From Nemertoderma westbladi (Eukaryota; Animalia; Xenacoelomorpha): a DNA stretch of 64,000 bases. Numbering within the stretch: the stretch's first letter is position 1; each line of letters starts with the position of its first letter. Shown here one piece after another: positions 1 to 13,159 of the stretch. The notes below the pieces were generated by a model. That model saw only the letters and a program-made list of their open reading frames with translations. It had not been told where the DNA came from and searched no databases. Location of the stretch: assembly GCA_032718475.1 (NCBI GenBank), contig JAUCBJ010007758.1, positions 1 through 64,000 on the forward strand, given 5' to 3'. Both the position numbers and the translations under genes were made by a program.

Positions 1-1
1 G

Positions 2-181
2 CATGGTGGACAACCCATGACTTTCTTGAGACGCATCTTAAAGGACACTGGCCTTGAAGATGCGGATGATCTAGCAAATGTCATGGGTGATAGGGAGTTG
101 TGGCGGTGCGATTTTGTCGATAAGCCGGCACAGCATTCTTAAAAATGCAGCTGCAATGCAGCATGCCGATCCTAGTAGTAG
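2..181 (+). mobile_element. 3' end of a non-LTR retrotransposon (RTE-like LINE): RT C-terminus plus (TAG)n tail
   Basis: Frame 2..142 reads HGGQPMTFLRRILKDTGLEDADDLANVMGDRELWRCDFVDKPAQHS*, nearly identical to the C-terminus of ORF 51589..52182. The same 3' UTR ends in TAGTAGTAG (173-181). Confidence 0.85.
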
Positions 182-589
182 GTCAGCCCATATACCCCTG
201 CAGCCAAGTATATGGGTCCTTAATCCAGGACCAAGGGCGTCCTTATCCCAGAACGAAGGGTGTCCTAGTTACAAGACAAGATTTGCCCTAGTTAAAGGGG
301 TCTATGCAGCTACAGGTGGCACCTCCTTTATGCTGCATGGAGGTGGCAAGTTTTCTTGATCAATGACCTAGAATACCTGACCTGACTGCACTCGTAACTC
401 TAACTCCAACTGACTCGTAAAACACGGTCCTTAACTGTGAAAAGTAAAGTAGGTAAATGTCCTATATTGCAAAACGAAATGTTTTTAGATTAACACCAGT
501 GGTTATATAAATTCATCCCTGCCCTAGTCGACACCTCCATTCGTCTTATCTCTCAGCACACCTTGGCGGCTCATTCTTTTACATGGTTT

Positions 590-985
590 ACATTGGGTGC
601 GCCAGATCTACTCCCCAATGGTGACTGCGCCACATCTACTCCCCATTAGTGGCTGCATCACATCTACTCCTAAGACCCAATGGTGGGTGCGCCAGATCTA
701 CTCCCCAATGGAGGCTGCTCAACATTTACTCTCCAATGGTGACTGCACCACATCTATCCCCAATGGTGGCTGCATCACCTCTACTACCCTATGGTCAACA
801 TCTACTTCCCATGGTGACTGCGCCACATCTACACCCCAATGGTCAACATTGACTCCCCTATGGTGGCTGCACCACATCTAGGCCTACACCCCAATGGTGG
901 ATGCACCACATCACCCAAACGGTGGCTGAATCCCATCTTCTCCCCAATGGTGCTGCACCACATCTACTCCCCAACTGTGGCTGTA
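590..985. repeat. Degenerate ~30-bp minisatellite (consensus ~GGTGGCTGCACCACATCTACTCCCCAAT)
   Basis: About a dozen visible tandem copies; they account for the short repetitive ORFs at 597-1024. Confidence 0.85.
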
Positions 986-2010
986 CCACTTTTCTATATA
1001 CACCATATTAACCCAACTTTATAAACCTAACGTAGACAAATGTATACAGTGGTTTATCAATAACACTACCAGCCTACCTGTACTGTAAAGTTTATCCTGG
1101 AAATATTATTATCTCATTGGACAATCCATCTTCAGAATACCCAATCAAAATTCTCAATATTCCGTTTCCAAAGCATTTAAATAAGCATATTTCCTATACC
1201 AGGTAGTCATCATCTCAATACCTGAAAACACGGTATCTAAAATCGTTCCTTGAAGCCTTCTACTACAATTATCCAATCAGAATCGGTAATTTATAAGTAA
1301 AGGAAGTGTGATAGTGCCTCAATTGGAGGAAACCAATTATAATTAGTTAAAATTATGCAATCCGTAGTGAAATAAATTCAGTGTATACAAAAATATACAG
1401 TCGGCCAGAAAGGGTTAAAGATTAGCCCTACACTACAGGGTGGCCTTAATATCCAATAGATGCGCTCTTGTCCTACCCAATGAACTTTCCCGCTGACTAT
1501 TGGCTTAACCTGATTAATTCTCATCTCGCCACTCTCTGTTGGCGTTGTCCCTTCGTGCTAGCCTTACTAGCTTGTTTGTCCCTCTGAGGTGGTTTGTCCT
1601 CTCACCTCTCTCTGTGGCTTACGGCGTGTGTCGCCCCAGTTGGTTGTGAGGTGAGATTATTATTGGTAATCGCACATAGCCAACTGTATTGGTAAAATGC
1701 CGCTAGTGCCATTTTCGGTGGGTAGTGCACGGAATTGAATCTGCTTACTGTAAACATTAAATTTTTTATCAATTTGTGCATCCTGTACTTGTATTTTTCG
1801 TCACAAATTGGCACATGTTCATAAATGCCAACAATGAATAGGATATGATATCGGAAATGATATGATATGATGAAGTAAATACATACTAATACTGTGATTG
1901 TTTGGATCATGGTGCCAAGCATGACCTTAAAGTATTGGCTGAACTGCTGTACTGGCTGACTGCCTGACCTTATATGGTAACTACATACTAAACTAATTGC
2001 TGTATTCAAC

Positions 2011-2970
2011 ATGCCCAATTGCGTTGATTGTGGTACTATTCAAGCGAAAGCCAAACTCACCGCCGCTGGTCTCTGCACGAAATGCCGGGACTCGCGAATA
2101 CCATCTCCATGTCCGCGTCAGCCTGTCAAAACTAGTGGGACGGCAACGGAGACCGCAAAGGCCAAGAAGGCTGTTAACCGTCAGTCTATCCCTATCCGTA
2201 CCAGCAACACCTTCAGCCTTATAAGTACAAACTCTTCCGCAGATGAGGATTGTTGTGTAGTCTGCAGCAAGAAGGCTTCTCACAACAGTCTACAATGCTA
2301 CAGGTGCTCCAAATGGGAGCACTCGAATCATTCAAAGAAATCCTCAATGGTCTATAATGCTCTCTTTTCATTGGACTCCTTGGTTTTCTTTTGTGTCAAC
2401 TGTCGTGACTCGCCTCTAATTGTGGAAATGAACGGAGGTAGCAACAGCAACCCTGGCGATCAGAGAATCGACACTATATTTTTATGCTCACAACTAAACG
2501 ACCTTCATCGGTTTATTGTTGGTGACGCAGCCAGCAATACATCAGTTAAAAACGATACTGCTGATGTTTGCGGGGAGTGGTCTAAGCAAAAAGGCAAAAG
2601 GATACAGGGATGGAACACTACATCCAACGACAAAAGTAAATCGAATGTTTGTTCGGCTACAGTGACAGGAAATCTCGAAGAGAAGATACAAAACTGTGTT
2701 ACCAGTTTGTAGCTTCATTGCTCGAATCTATTGGGTGTAAACCACGGGAACCTTGCTCTGTTGTCCGTCACAGATAATCACCGAACTCAATTCGCCCGGG
2801 ATTGATTGAAATCAAATTTATATCTGCCTTGGATCGGGATGCATCACTAGCAAACTGCCGTAAAATCGCTAAGATTGAAGAATATAAAAATATTTTCCTT
2901 CGCCCAAATACCTCCACAGAAGTGCGAGACCATTGGGATGTGTTGCGTGCCCACTGCTTTTATGTAGCAA
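2011..2970 (+). pseudogene. PHD-finger ORF1 remnant of a CR1/L2-type LINE
   Basis: CVVC..LQCYRCSKWEH..FFCVNC is a PHD-like motif. After the stop at 2712 another frame continues with RPGLIEIKF..KNIFLRPNT, typical of a LINE ORF1 C-terminus. Confidence 0.65.
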
Positions 2971-3143
2971 ATTAGTACAAATCAATGTGTCGATATTTAG
3001 ATAATTTACTTTAATTACAAATTCGTACTCAATAAATATATTACTTAATTTTAAGCCATAGCATAAGACGTTGTGTATATTTTATGTGAGTTTTTACTTG
3101 TAATTTTAAATCGAAGATTTTATTGTTCAATCGCTGCTATGAC

Positions 3144-4740
3144 TGTGGGGCGAGCCACGAAGTGAGTGAGCCTTAGCGTAGTGGTACCATTAATCAACCT
3201 GTCGTTCTGTCGTTCTGTCGTTCTGTCGTTCTGTCGTTCTGTCGTGTTCAATTTTAAACGTTAATAACTCGGCCAATCTTTGATGAAATCTATCCAAACT
3301 TGGTACACATGTTGTTTGGCAAAAGTTTAGAAATTTTCCAAGTAGAATTTCCGTGTGGCCTTCGAGAAGCTAAGATAATAGCAGTTAATTAGTTAATTAA
3401 GTTGATTGCGGTGAAAACGCCATTTTCAACCTGCCTTTTAAAGGAAATTAATTGTTTTACAGTATAAGATTTAAATAATTATACTTAAAAATTATACAGA
3501 TATAATCCCCATACGCCATTCTATTATAGTTTTTAATTAGTTTAAGTGATTTGCTTTAATAAATGTGTCTTTAATTGATCTAAACGTAATTAAACCGCAC
3601 AATTATTGAGTACAAATTTAATCCTTCCCATTATTGGTCAAGTCTCTGCTGGTGTGGAGCTAGCTGCTGGGAGTTGTGGCTGTAGACTAACCTGAGAGGA
3701 ATTGTAATAGAGGCAACCATAGTATTGCTATTCCAGCCCAATCACTGAATTGTGTTTATTATAGGCTGGACGGGCCGCATAACCGTTCGACTATTACTAC
3801 TATTGCTATCTCAGTTAAATGACAGATATAATAACATAAATACCATCCATGGTATGGCTGTTGTGTAGGCTTATCTGAAATAGTTTATTCCACAATGTAT
3901 ATGTCTGGTTATTTTTTAATTGAATTTTTGCAAAGTAGTAAAATTAATGTTCTTAAAAATAATATTATTATTTTATATGTAACCTAGGAAATTAGCTACA
4001 TTTTTTCGCTGCAGCTTTAAGAGTGTACATTGATTTAATATTATTTCAATACCCATATTACTACATCGGCATAAGATGCGTTGGCGTTGTATCACACATC
4101 TCCACATATCACACATCTCCACATAGATGTATCAACAGTTACTCGCACAGTTTCGAAACTTCGCATAGTTATAACTGTATAAAGATCGTCAGTCTGCGTT
4201 TAGGAAAAATATTTTATGACAAAACAGGACAAGCGACGAGCGCAACGAGGCATATAATGAAGACGAGTACTGCGTTGACTAAATTATTATATAAACCACC
4301 TGGCTTCACATATTGATCGCATCCCTAGTTATTATTATTATAAAGATCGTCCTAGCCTGCGTTTAAGAAATATATTTAAATACAAAACAGGACGAACGCA
4401 AAGAGACTTATAATGAAAACGAGTACTGCGTTTATTATATTCCTATAAACCACCTGGCTTTGCATATTTAACGTGCGATTGGAAATAAGTTCGTGCTACC
4501 CTTCCGTGGGTGGTAGATGTCGCGGTTATGTATTGGTGGTTGGGAAGGGTGGGGGGGGGGGGGGGGGATTAAAAGGGGTGAACACGTACTGTCCACCTTT
4601 CTTTGATTGATTGGTGGTGTGGGTAAATTTCTCAAAACCTGATTTTGTGATACAGTCGCTGCATTTTAATTTGTATATAATAACTAGGCCTCGTGCTGCG
4701 CGAAGTCCCCACGAACGTGTGATGTTTCCGCGATATCCTA
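3144..4740 (+). mobile_element. Helentron-associated / DINE-1-like non-autonomous element (copy 1)
   Basis: Starts TGTGGGGCGAGCCACGAAGT and ends GTGCTGCGCGAAGTCCCCAC, the same termini as the 9041 copy. It has a (CTGTCGTT)n microsatellite at 3199-3244 followed by an ATAACTC..AAACTTGG core, matching HINE/DINE architecture. Confidence 0.6.
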
Positions 4741-4762
4741 ATAATATAATATAATATAATAT

Positions 4763-6648
4763 AATGGTAGCTAGTGTTTTAGGTAAGTTTAGATAGTAAT
4801 TTCAACACTGGTTCCGACATCGTGTCGAGCTGGGAGAACGACTTAGGGGTGACCTTCCAAAACACCCTTACTTTCGGAAAACACATAGCTACCATCGCAA
4901 AGAAAGCCAACGGAGTTACAGGTCTAATTGCTCGCACTTTTAAACATCTGGACGGGAATACATTAATTAACCTCTGCAAAGCCCTTGTGAGACCGATCTT
5001 GGAGTACGTCTCTACAGTCTGGTCACCTTACCGCATTAGCGAAATTCGGCTTCTAGAATTGGTCCAACACCGTTTTACCGGATATTTGCAATCTACCATA
5101 CCTGGCTTGATTGAAACGGCTCGGTCTCCCGACTCTTGAATATTGCCGTTATCACGCCGACCTCATCCAGGTGTACCATTACCTTTCTGGTATCGACAAC
5201 GCGGACTGCAGCATGTTTGAACTTTCCACGAATGGTCTACGTGGCCACTCATTCTAGCTCCAGAAACCCCATGCTCGGCTGCTGTAGAGGAACTCAACAT
5301 GTCACTTTCGAGTTATAGATCCCTGGAACTCGCTATCCGATTATGTTGTCACCGCCCCCAACCTTAACTCTTTTAAAACCCGTTTAAACTCCCACTATAA
5401 AGATTTCCCACTCAAGTTTACCCCATCATGGTGGTCTGTGTAATAGTATTTAACTTACAACAGTAACTCCCAACTTCTTACTTTTTATAATTTTTAGACT
5501 ACTTTTTAACTTAAATTAAAAAATTTTTTATCATCATCCCATTACACACTTTTGTCCTCATACACACACTTTACGTTTTAACTACTACTTTATAGAATGA
5601 TATTTTATATTATATTGTAATAACTAATATGTCATCTGTACTTTTAATTGGATTGAACCTATTTACTTGACGTTTTCAAACATTTTAATAGTTTTTACAC
5701 ACAGCTACAGTAGAGCTTATACTGTTTTAATTAAAGTTTTTACTCAGGTTAATTTTTATTTTTTAATTATAATTAAATAACGAAACTAAGTTTTTTAAGA
5801 TGTATAAATATGTGTGCCCAATTTGTTACAACGTCTATTTTATTTTTTATTACTTGTATCCATCATCATTTCATCATTATTCATCATTTGAAACTCGGTT
5901 TTTAGATGCACTTACTTATATTTTAATTACTGTATTGTAAATAATTTTTAGCCAGTTAGTTTAAGTTTGACTTTATGCCACATACTATAAAATTATTTTT
6001 TAATTACTGTATTGTAAATAATTTTTAACGTTTATGGGATTTTATATTTAGTCTGAACAGGTACAATATCATTAAGCTTATGCTTCCTTTTACCTTATAT
6101 TAAACAAACAAACATTAAACATCGTACTTCCCTCTATAAATATTTTGAAGTCGCTAGTTCTTATTACTATTTCTATAGAAAATGTTCCAGAATATGTTAG
6201 CTATTCATTTTAAAAAAAGGAATTATGTTCTAGAAGAAATATTTGTTGTTCTAGAACATTTTTTAGAAAAAAATCTGGATTCTACTTAAAACGCATGGAA
6301 TTGTACCGAAACGTGTTTAAAATCCATAAAAAAATTGTGAAAAAATACGTTTCAGAACGATTCTATGCGTTTTAAATAGAATCCAGATTTGTTCTTTCCT
6401 AAAAATATAAATATTAGCTATAATATAATAATAATATATATATATATATAATATAATATATTAATATATTAATATATATATATATTAATATATATATCTA
6501 TATAATAATAGCTAACAAGTTCTTTAACATTTTCGATACAAATAGTAATAAGAACTAGCTACTATTAAATATTTATAGGAACCAGTCAGGATGTCGGAAC
6601 CAGGGTTGAAATTACTAGCTAAACCTACCTAAAACACTAGCTATCATT
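4763..6648. mobile_element. Foldback/MITE-like long inverted repeat, left arm split by a CR1 insertion
   Basis: 4763-4820 is the reverse complement of ~6589-6648; 6120-6205 pairs with ~6508-6590; an inner pair lies at ~6270-6315 / ~6346-6390. Confidence 0.7.
4824..6118 (+). mobile_element. 5'-truncated CR1-type LINE (RT C-terminus, AT-rich 3' UTR, (AAAC)n tail)
   Basis: ENDLGVTF..KKANG..ALVRPILEY..VWSP and downstream RGHS..WNSL motifs. 7-bp TSD ACATCGT at 4817-4823 and 6119-6125; tail TAAACAAACAAAC. Confidence 0.85.
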
Positions 6649-7437
6649 AGTTTATATCAATCTACTTATGTTCTAGAACATTGACCAATATATAAAAACC
6701 CCTAAAAAGCTGTGAACTGTATTATTGTACACTGCAAGTCAGCAAGTGTAAGCAAGGTGGAAATTTCAGCCTACTGTTTTAAAACAACTGGGGGCAGTAA
6801 CCAGGCTGTGATGCTATGAATGTAAATTTCATTACACAATTATGACTTAAATTGTAATTACATTATATGATAATAAATAGCTAAATTTGTAGTGAAAATA
6901 ATGTAAAAGGTGTGAGAATAATGTAGAGCTGATTGTTTAACGCCTTTTCTATTGAAGGAGTTAAAATAATGATTTATTTTAAAATGAAGCTTATATTTTG
7001 TCAATATTCTAGAAATTTTGGCGCCAATAATAATCTAACCGTAGGACGAAATGAAAAATTGAGTTGAAATTCGGAATCAGCTACCCCAAATTGACGTAGG
7101 AAAATTTCGGAAGATTCTGAGAATAAATTTGTGCTCTAAAAATCAGAAGAAAAAAAAAATCCAAAACATTTTTATTTCCGACTTTTCCAAATGAGGTACA
7201 CCAGTAGCGATTGAAACTATAAGGTTTTTATTTGAAGGAATTCAAAAAAATGAATAGAACTCGAGTAACTCGACATCCGGTAATAGTTTATTGTATGAAA
7301 TGTATCATTTATTATCGATTTACATAAAATGAAATAAAACCAATAAAGTTTAACGAATTAATTTGTTACTTTAAATCGCACAACAACATTGTAATTATCG
7401 TTTCAGTTTCAGTTTATAGAATGAGTTACTCAGGAGT

Positions 7438-7677
7438 CTAGAAGAAGTAGAAAACTCCAACTATCGGTAGAATGAATGCAGTCATCGTGACTCGGTTGGT
7501 ATCAGCGGCGTTGCAGAGATCGACGTCGCAGCAAACAACAGTGGCGTCGGCCAATCCCATTTTTTCATAAGCAAGTTTCATATCATTTTGAAGTTTCCCT
7601 TCTTCACATGCGCCTTTCAATGTCTCCTCTATGCACCTTTTGGCAACGTCCTTTCCCCCTTTGAAAGTGACGGTCAT
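7438..7677 (-). CDS. Exon 2 of the Ly6/uPAR protein (CCxxDLCN plus hydrophobic GPI-signal tail)
   Basis: Acceptor TTGCTATTTAG|ATG (phase 0); ...KRC..GAC..VCCDVDLCNAA..TAFILPIVGVFYFF*. Spliced product is 143 aa with 8 Cys; the intron is 142 nt. Confidence 0.85.
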   Translation of the reverse strand: MTVTFKGGKDVAKRCIEETLKGACEEGKLQNDMKLAYEKMGLADATVVCCDVDLCNAADTNRVTMTAFILPIVGVFYFF

Positions 7678-7819
7678 CTAAATAGCAAACAATTTTAATA
7701 AATAAACCGTAGCCGCCAATAAAGTAATTTAGTCACAGGCCTAGCTAATACATCAGTACTAGTAGGGCTAACTTATTACACATAATTATTTTACAATAAT
7801 TATAGGTATTATAACTAAC

Positions 7820-8011
7820 GCATTTCACACACGGCTTGAAAGGTCGATCGTTGGTTTCATTGGTTTCCACAAACTTTCTAAATGATGGGAGTCCAGGGTG
7901 CCCCTCCGGTAAATCTCTAGCATCCGCTACAGGTCCCTCTATTCCAGTCATACACTTCAACGCCTCGTTGCTTCCCACCGCTACAGCCAGTATCAACCAG
8001 TAGTTGTACAT
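7820..8011 (-). CDS. Exon 1 of a Ly6/uPAR three-finger (quiver/sleepless-like) protein: signal peptide plus LKC start
   Basis: MYNYWLILAVAVGSNEA-LKC...PCVKC, followed by donor GTTAGT (phase 0) at 7819. Confidence 0.8.
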
Positions 8012-8236
8012 CGCGAAGTTCAGTTAGTATCTTATCTGGGATGCCGTACACCGAATAAATAGTTTAGTCGTTAAATAAAATAACGGCTATTGTTCTATCT
8101 TTATGAGCTGCTATGGTAACAACTAGTTCAATTTAAATAGGCCTAATAATAAAATGATATAAGCTGTAATAATAAACGTATAAGCTGGACTGGGTGACAG
8201 GAGTTCAACTACAGTCCCGCTCTCAAAAAGCATTCC

Positions 8237-8290
8237 TTTGATCAAACATTGATCAAACTTTGATCAAACATTGATCAAAGTTTGATCAAA
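8237..8290. repeat. Short tandem palindromic repeat (TTTGATCAAA)x5
   Basis: Directly visible, about 230 bp upstream of the Ly6 ATG. Confidence 0.8.
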
Positions 8291-9040
8291 ATGTGTCCAT
8301 AGAATATCATTGAAAGTAGCATTGACATTGAAATGACATTGATGGCATATTGAAATGACCTTGAAATCGATGGACCAAAATTCCAGACTTTCTGTCTCAT
8401 ATTGAAATGACATTGAAATGATTTCAAGGTAACAGTTTACATCGCTCTTCTGCGGCATGCCTTTGAACTCAGATTCCCGCCGAGAACTGGCTTTTGTTAA
8501 TGGCCAAGCCGCGATGTGATTGACAGGGCGGTGGATGGAGCTTGCTTGACTTTGTGGATGGACAGCGATAGGATTTACAAGGCGGTGTTATGGTAGTGTC
8601 CCAGACTGAGTTTTGTTCTTGTAGGGCAGGGCCTATTATTACACCGACAACTAGTTCAGAAAAACAGCCTTTGGAATATTTTTAATTTATTGTTATATTA
8701 GAAATTGTTTCAATGTTCCTTAAATCAGAATCAAGGCCAAAGACCTCCATTGACGTAGCAGCGCGATGGCTGCCGTTGCATTGCATTTGCTTATACAGTA
8801 ATTGTGTAAATTCGACAAGCTTCCTTCCTGCCCCTGCCTCTAATTATACTAATAAATGTAAATAAATAAATAAATAAATCCAAGCGCCAGCGCCAGCGCC
8901 AGCGCCAGCGCACCCCCTAAAATACCTTCTAAAAATTTATGTAATTTAATTTTAATACTCTGATAAGGAAATTTTATTGAAAACCTAATTTGTTTTAAAG
9001 TAAACTATGTTATGTACATCATTAGTTACGTATTTTTTAA

Positions 9041-9139
9041 TGTGGGGCGAGCCACGAAGTTGGCGGAGCCTTAGCGAATTGACACTGTTAGGGGGTGGGT
9101 CAATTTATGCAAATAGTTGTCGTCGTCGTCGTCGTCGTT

Positions 9140-9211
<72 letters not shown>

Positions 9212-9656
9212 GTCGTTGTCGTCGTCGTCGTCGTCGTCGTTGTCGTCGTCGTCGTCGTTACGATTTTGACATGCTAATAACTTTGTCGGATTTAAAGCTG
9301 CCAAGTTGAAAATTTGTAGGTATCAATATGAGCAAAAGTTGAGATTTTTGAGAGACTTTCAGACACCATCAGTGCAATGGTCTCCCGCTAGAGGGCCACA
9401 TGTCTAAACATTAAATGCCCTCCAATTTCTTTGCTTTTAATCCGTTTAAGCTGAAACTTGGCAGATATGTATTAGACTATTAGCTGTGACTTTCAAAGGA
9501 GGCGAATCCATCTGCAGTTCTCCAGTCTGCCGCTAGAGGGCCAACGTGACTATTTGCATAAATTGACCTACCCCCTAACAGTGTCAATTCGCTAAGGCTC
9601 TGCCAACTTTGTGCTGCGCGAAGTCCCCACTTCGTGTCAATTTAATCGTCTAGTAT
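9041..9656 (+). mobile_element. Helentron-associated / DINE-like element (copy 2) with a ~65-bp internal inverted repeat and (GTC)n microsatellite
   Basis: Same termini as the 3144 copy. 9055-9117 is the reverse complement of ~9550-9612; (GTC/GTT)n at 9117-9259; ends near CTAGT. Confidence 0.7.
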
Positions 9657-10452
9657 CAATTCTTGCGGGCTAATACACTTTATTTTCGGGCTAAGGATGC
9701 CCTGCCCACTGGCTAAGAAAGCTTGCGGGTAAACGATTCCCATTTTGCGGGCTAAGAATTCCCGCGGGCTAAGTCATCACCCAACCGAACATACAGTTGA
9801 CTGTAACTGCTTTACTCGCATCTCTGTAACCACAAACCAAATGCTGTGATTCACAGTATGCGATTTCACCGTGCTGTCACCGCAAGTGTATCTGAGAACA
9901 GGCCCATTACTGGTACAGCTACAATTAGTTTCAAAAAATTAATGTAAAACATCAAAAGGAGCAGGTTAAAAGGGTTGTGTTTTCTAACCAAAACAACAAA
10001 CCAAAGTAGATTTCATCGATTTTCGCTGGAGAACTTTTTTATTTGCGACCAACTGGCGCAACTATTTGCAAGATAAGGTAGAAATTTTAATTAATCTCGA
10101 GACAAATACAACGTCTGTTTAATTTTTTTTGGGCAAACAGAAAAGTCCTCCATGTTGAAATTTTAGTAAGAAGGTTTAGTGTAATAAATTAGTTTAATAC
10201 ACATTACTACCTGCATAGTTCCATATATTACCCCCCCCCCCCCCCCCCCAAGGATCTAGCCATTGGCCAGCCAGGTTACAATGCGAAGCTTTCTGTTTAG
10301 AAAAATGCTTTTGTTTCAGAAAATTTGAAATGTGGATCTTTAATATATATTATTTTTTTTTCTCATTTCAACTGGAAAGGGTTTTTCAGTATGCTTTCAA
10401 ATGGCCTCCCCCTCGCTCGGTACGCTAGTTGCCCCCCCCCCCCCCCCCCCCC

Positions 10453-13149
10453 TGTAAAAGCTTTTGCGTAATTAGCCGGTTATTTTCCCGTAAAGTACTC
10501 TGTAGTTGATTTACCAGGCATAAAAAGGCCGTGTCCTTACTGTACTGGTGTTTTAGAGGACATAAAAGCCATTTCTTCTGTATTTGTACTTTAGAGGACA
10601 TAATCCGCAATTTCGTGACGCAATAAGCTAGATACTCTTGAAAACAGTGTCGCTACCATGACGACGGCTAACAGCTGATATTGCCACGTCGACATTTCTT
10701 TGTTCTTTGTTCTCTCGTTGTTCGGTCGACCAATCAGAGCGTTTTTTGTCTCTGTGTTGGAGGTGGATACAGAAACTCAGTAATTCAGTGTTATGTTTTT
10801 GCCCAGAGCCTAAGAACACCGGCTTTTGGCACCTCCGTGTTTCAGTCTTTAGCTTAACATTAGTAGGCTTAATCATAGAACGTATATCTGTTATCAATCC
10901 ATGACTTACTAACCATATCTTACCATACAAACTATAATCATTCATGCCTTAACCCTATTAAACCCGGGGGGGGGGGGGGTCAATATGACCCCCCCCCGTG
11001 GTTTTTTTATTATAATTCTGAAACAAAAGCAGTTGGGAATCTGAAATTTTATGACTTTTCCTAAAAATCTATTGTCTTCCTAGTAGTGAAAACCGTTTTC
11101 AAAAATATTGGGTACTTTTTGAGTTATAGCACCATTTTTTAACCCTACTTTTGGCACTTTTTTTGAGACGTTTTTTGAAAATTACATTTCATTAAATATG
11201 AATTGTAACATCTCTATTTTTGATTTACACCGGTGTTTTGGTGTTAGAAATTTGATGGAATTCATATAAATTGATTTATAAATTTCAAACTTGTTTTTTT
11301 CGGTGGGTGCCAAATTTTGGTGCCAGCACCCAATTTCAAAATAAGTCAATTTTGTAAATTGATCGTTTGAAACTTGTTTTTTACGCAATTGGGGTTTTTT
11401 GGGTTTCTGGATTCGATGAAATATATACGAGTTGCACCAAGCGTATCAAACTTGTATTTTTCGGTGCTGTGTGCAGATTTTGGTGCTAGCACGAAATTTT
11501 GAAAATCCATTCTATAGATAAAATTGCTTGTGACAATATATTTCTTGCGTTTTAGAGGTTTATGGCTGTTCTGAATTTAATGGAAAATATAATTATCGAT
11601 CTAGACATCTCAAACTTGTATTTTTCGGATGTGGGTGCAAAATTTGGTGCTAGCACCAAATTTTGAAAACCATCAAATATATCAATTGATTGTGTCACCT
11701 TGTTTCTTGCGTTATACGGGTTTGTGATGGTTCTGAATTCAATGGAATAAGTAAAAATTTCATAAGAGTTCTCAAACTTGTATTTTTCGCCGGTGGGTGA
11801 AAATTGTTGTGCCAGCACCAAATTTTGGAAAATATGCAAATTGATAAGTAGATAGTATCACCTTGTTTCTTGCGTTATACGGGTTTATGAGGGTCCTGAA
11901 TCCGATGGAATCAATAAAAACAGCACTGGACATCGCAAACTTGTACTTTTTGGTGATGGGTACGAAATTTGGTGCTAGCACCAAAATTTGCCAAATTACG
12001 CCGAAAAATACAAGTAGCAATGATCTGGCATATTAGAAATGTAATCCATTAGAATCAGCGCCCTCGAAAACCTGAAAATGTGAATTTATAGCATCGTATA
12101 AGTGAATTACAAATTTTGTGTTCTAACTGAAAAGTGCTGGTTACTAGTTTTTTTTATTTTTTTCCTACGCAGAGAGGACTAAACAGCCATTTATAGTAAT
12201 CATATCATTTTTTAATGTTTTCCAATGTATTTTGCACCCCAGAAAACCTGTATTGAAAAATAATTAGCCGAAAATGTAACTTTCAAATTTGGTGAAAATT
12301 GTGCACTACTTGTAATTTTGGTGCTGCAATATAACCACCCCAGTACATTTTTTCGAAAATTTTTTTTTCGGTCGGATCCAGACAAGTGATACCTACGTAC
12401 AAACAAAAAATCAGACGTTTTCGTAAATATTTGTAGATTTTAGAGGGGGGGGGGGGGGTCAATATGACCCCTCCCCGGTATTTGTACAACATTTTATAGC
12501 CCGGTACTAATAGGGTTAACATTACTGCTTTGCTGTCGGTTATTCATTATATTGGTTGATGAAATATTATATCGGAATACCGATCAATAATCAGACATCC
12601 CAATCTTCTTGATATACTAAAGGTTAGAGAGACCGGTTACATATAAACGATTGCGACCTATGTTAAGTGGTTTGAAGTGAATCTAATGCTATTTCATAGG
12701 CCCGACATAAATTGTATGTTGCTCTCTTTATACGTGACTAAATTTAGTGAAGGTCGGCAGATTAGTGTGCAGTATTGTGCAGCATTGTGTATGATTGTAA
12801 CTGATAACAAAGCATCTCCTAAAGAATGCGCCATTTCGTTGTGTCTAGTTTAAGTCATAACTCTGTTTACATATTTAGAGCGCCACGTCCTAAAGGAACT
12901 GTTAATATTTCCCAAAAGTGAATAATATTTGTCAGAGATTATATATTACGATCAGTCGAATAATACAGTATGCTTACACCATCAATCATTAAGCTTCCGA
13001 ATTCAGTCTCCCGGGTATATCCAGCGGGTGAATGATTGCGCATAGACTGGCTTCGGCTAATGTAGTGTATCAAATACTCGTCATCTATCATCTAAAAGAC
13101 ATTCTAGTTTTGGTAGGTTAAACTGTCAAAGGTCTTAAAAGCGCAAACA
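10453..13149 (+). mobile_element. 5' LTR of BEL/Pao element W (~1.13 kb once the MITE is removed)
   Basis: Begins TGTAAAAGCTTTT and ends AAAGGTCTTAAAAGCGCAAACA, homologous to the X and Y LTR termini; U5 blocks are shared with X and Y. Confidence 0.85.
10953..12515. mobile_element. piggyBac-type MITE inserted in the W LTR
   Basis: TTAA TSD at 10949-10952 and 12516-12519; CCCTATTA..CCGGG terminal inverted repeats; internal ~165-bp tandem repeats at 11285-12000. Confidence 0.85.
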
Positions 13150-13159
13150 ATAACAGATA
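13150..13159 (+). promoter_or_regulatory. Non-tRNA primer-binding site of W (ATAACAGATA)
   Basis: Abuts the LTR end; exact reverse complement of TATCTGTTAT at 10885-10894 in the same LTR. Confidence 0.7.

Noticed and set aside
597-1024. Short repetitive ORFs
   Set aside because: Products of the 30-bp minisatellite; no frame is conserved.
2011-5440. One CR1 element spanning the PHD ORF1 and the RT fragment
   Set aside because: The RT fragment has its own TSD and sits inside a different foldback element.
9007-9309. Poly-Arg, poly-Asp and poly-Val ORFs
   Set aside because: Translations of a (GTC)n microsatellite inside a HINE-like element.
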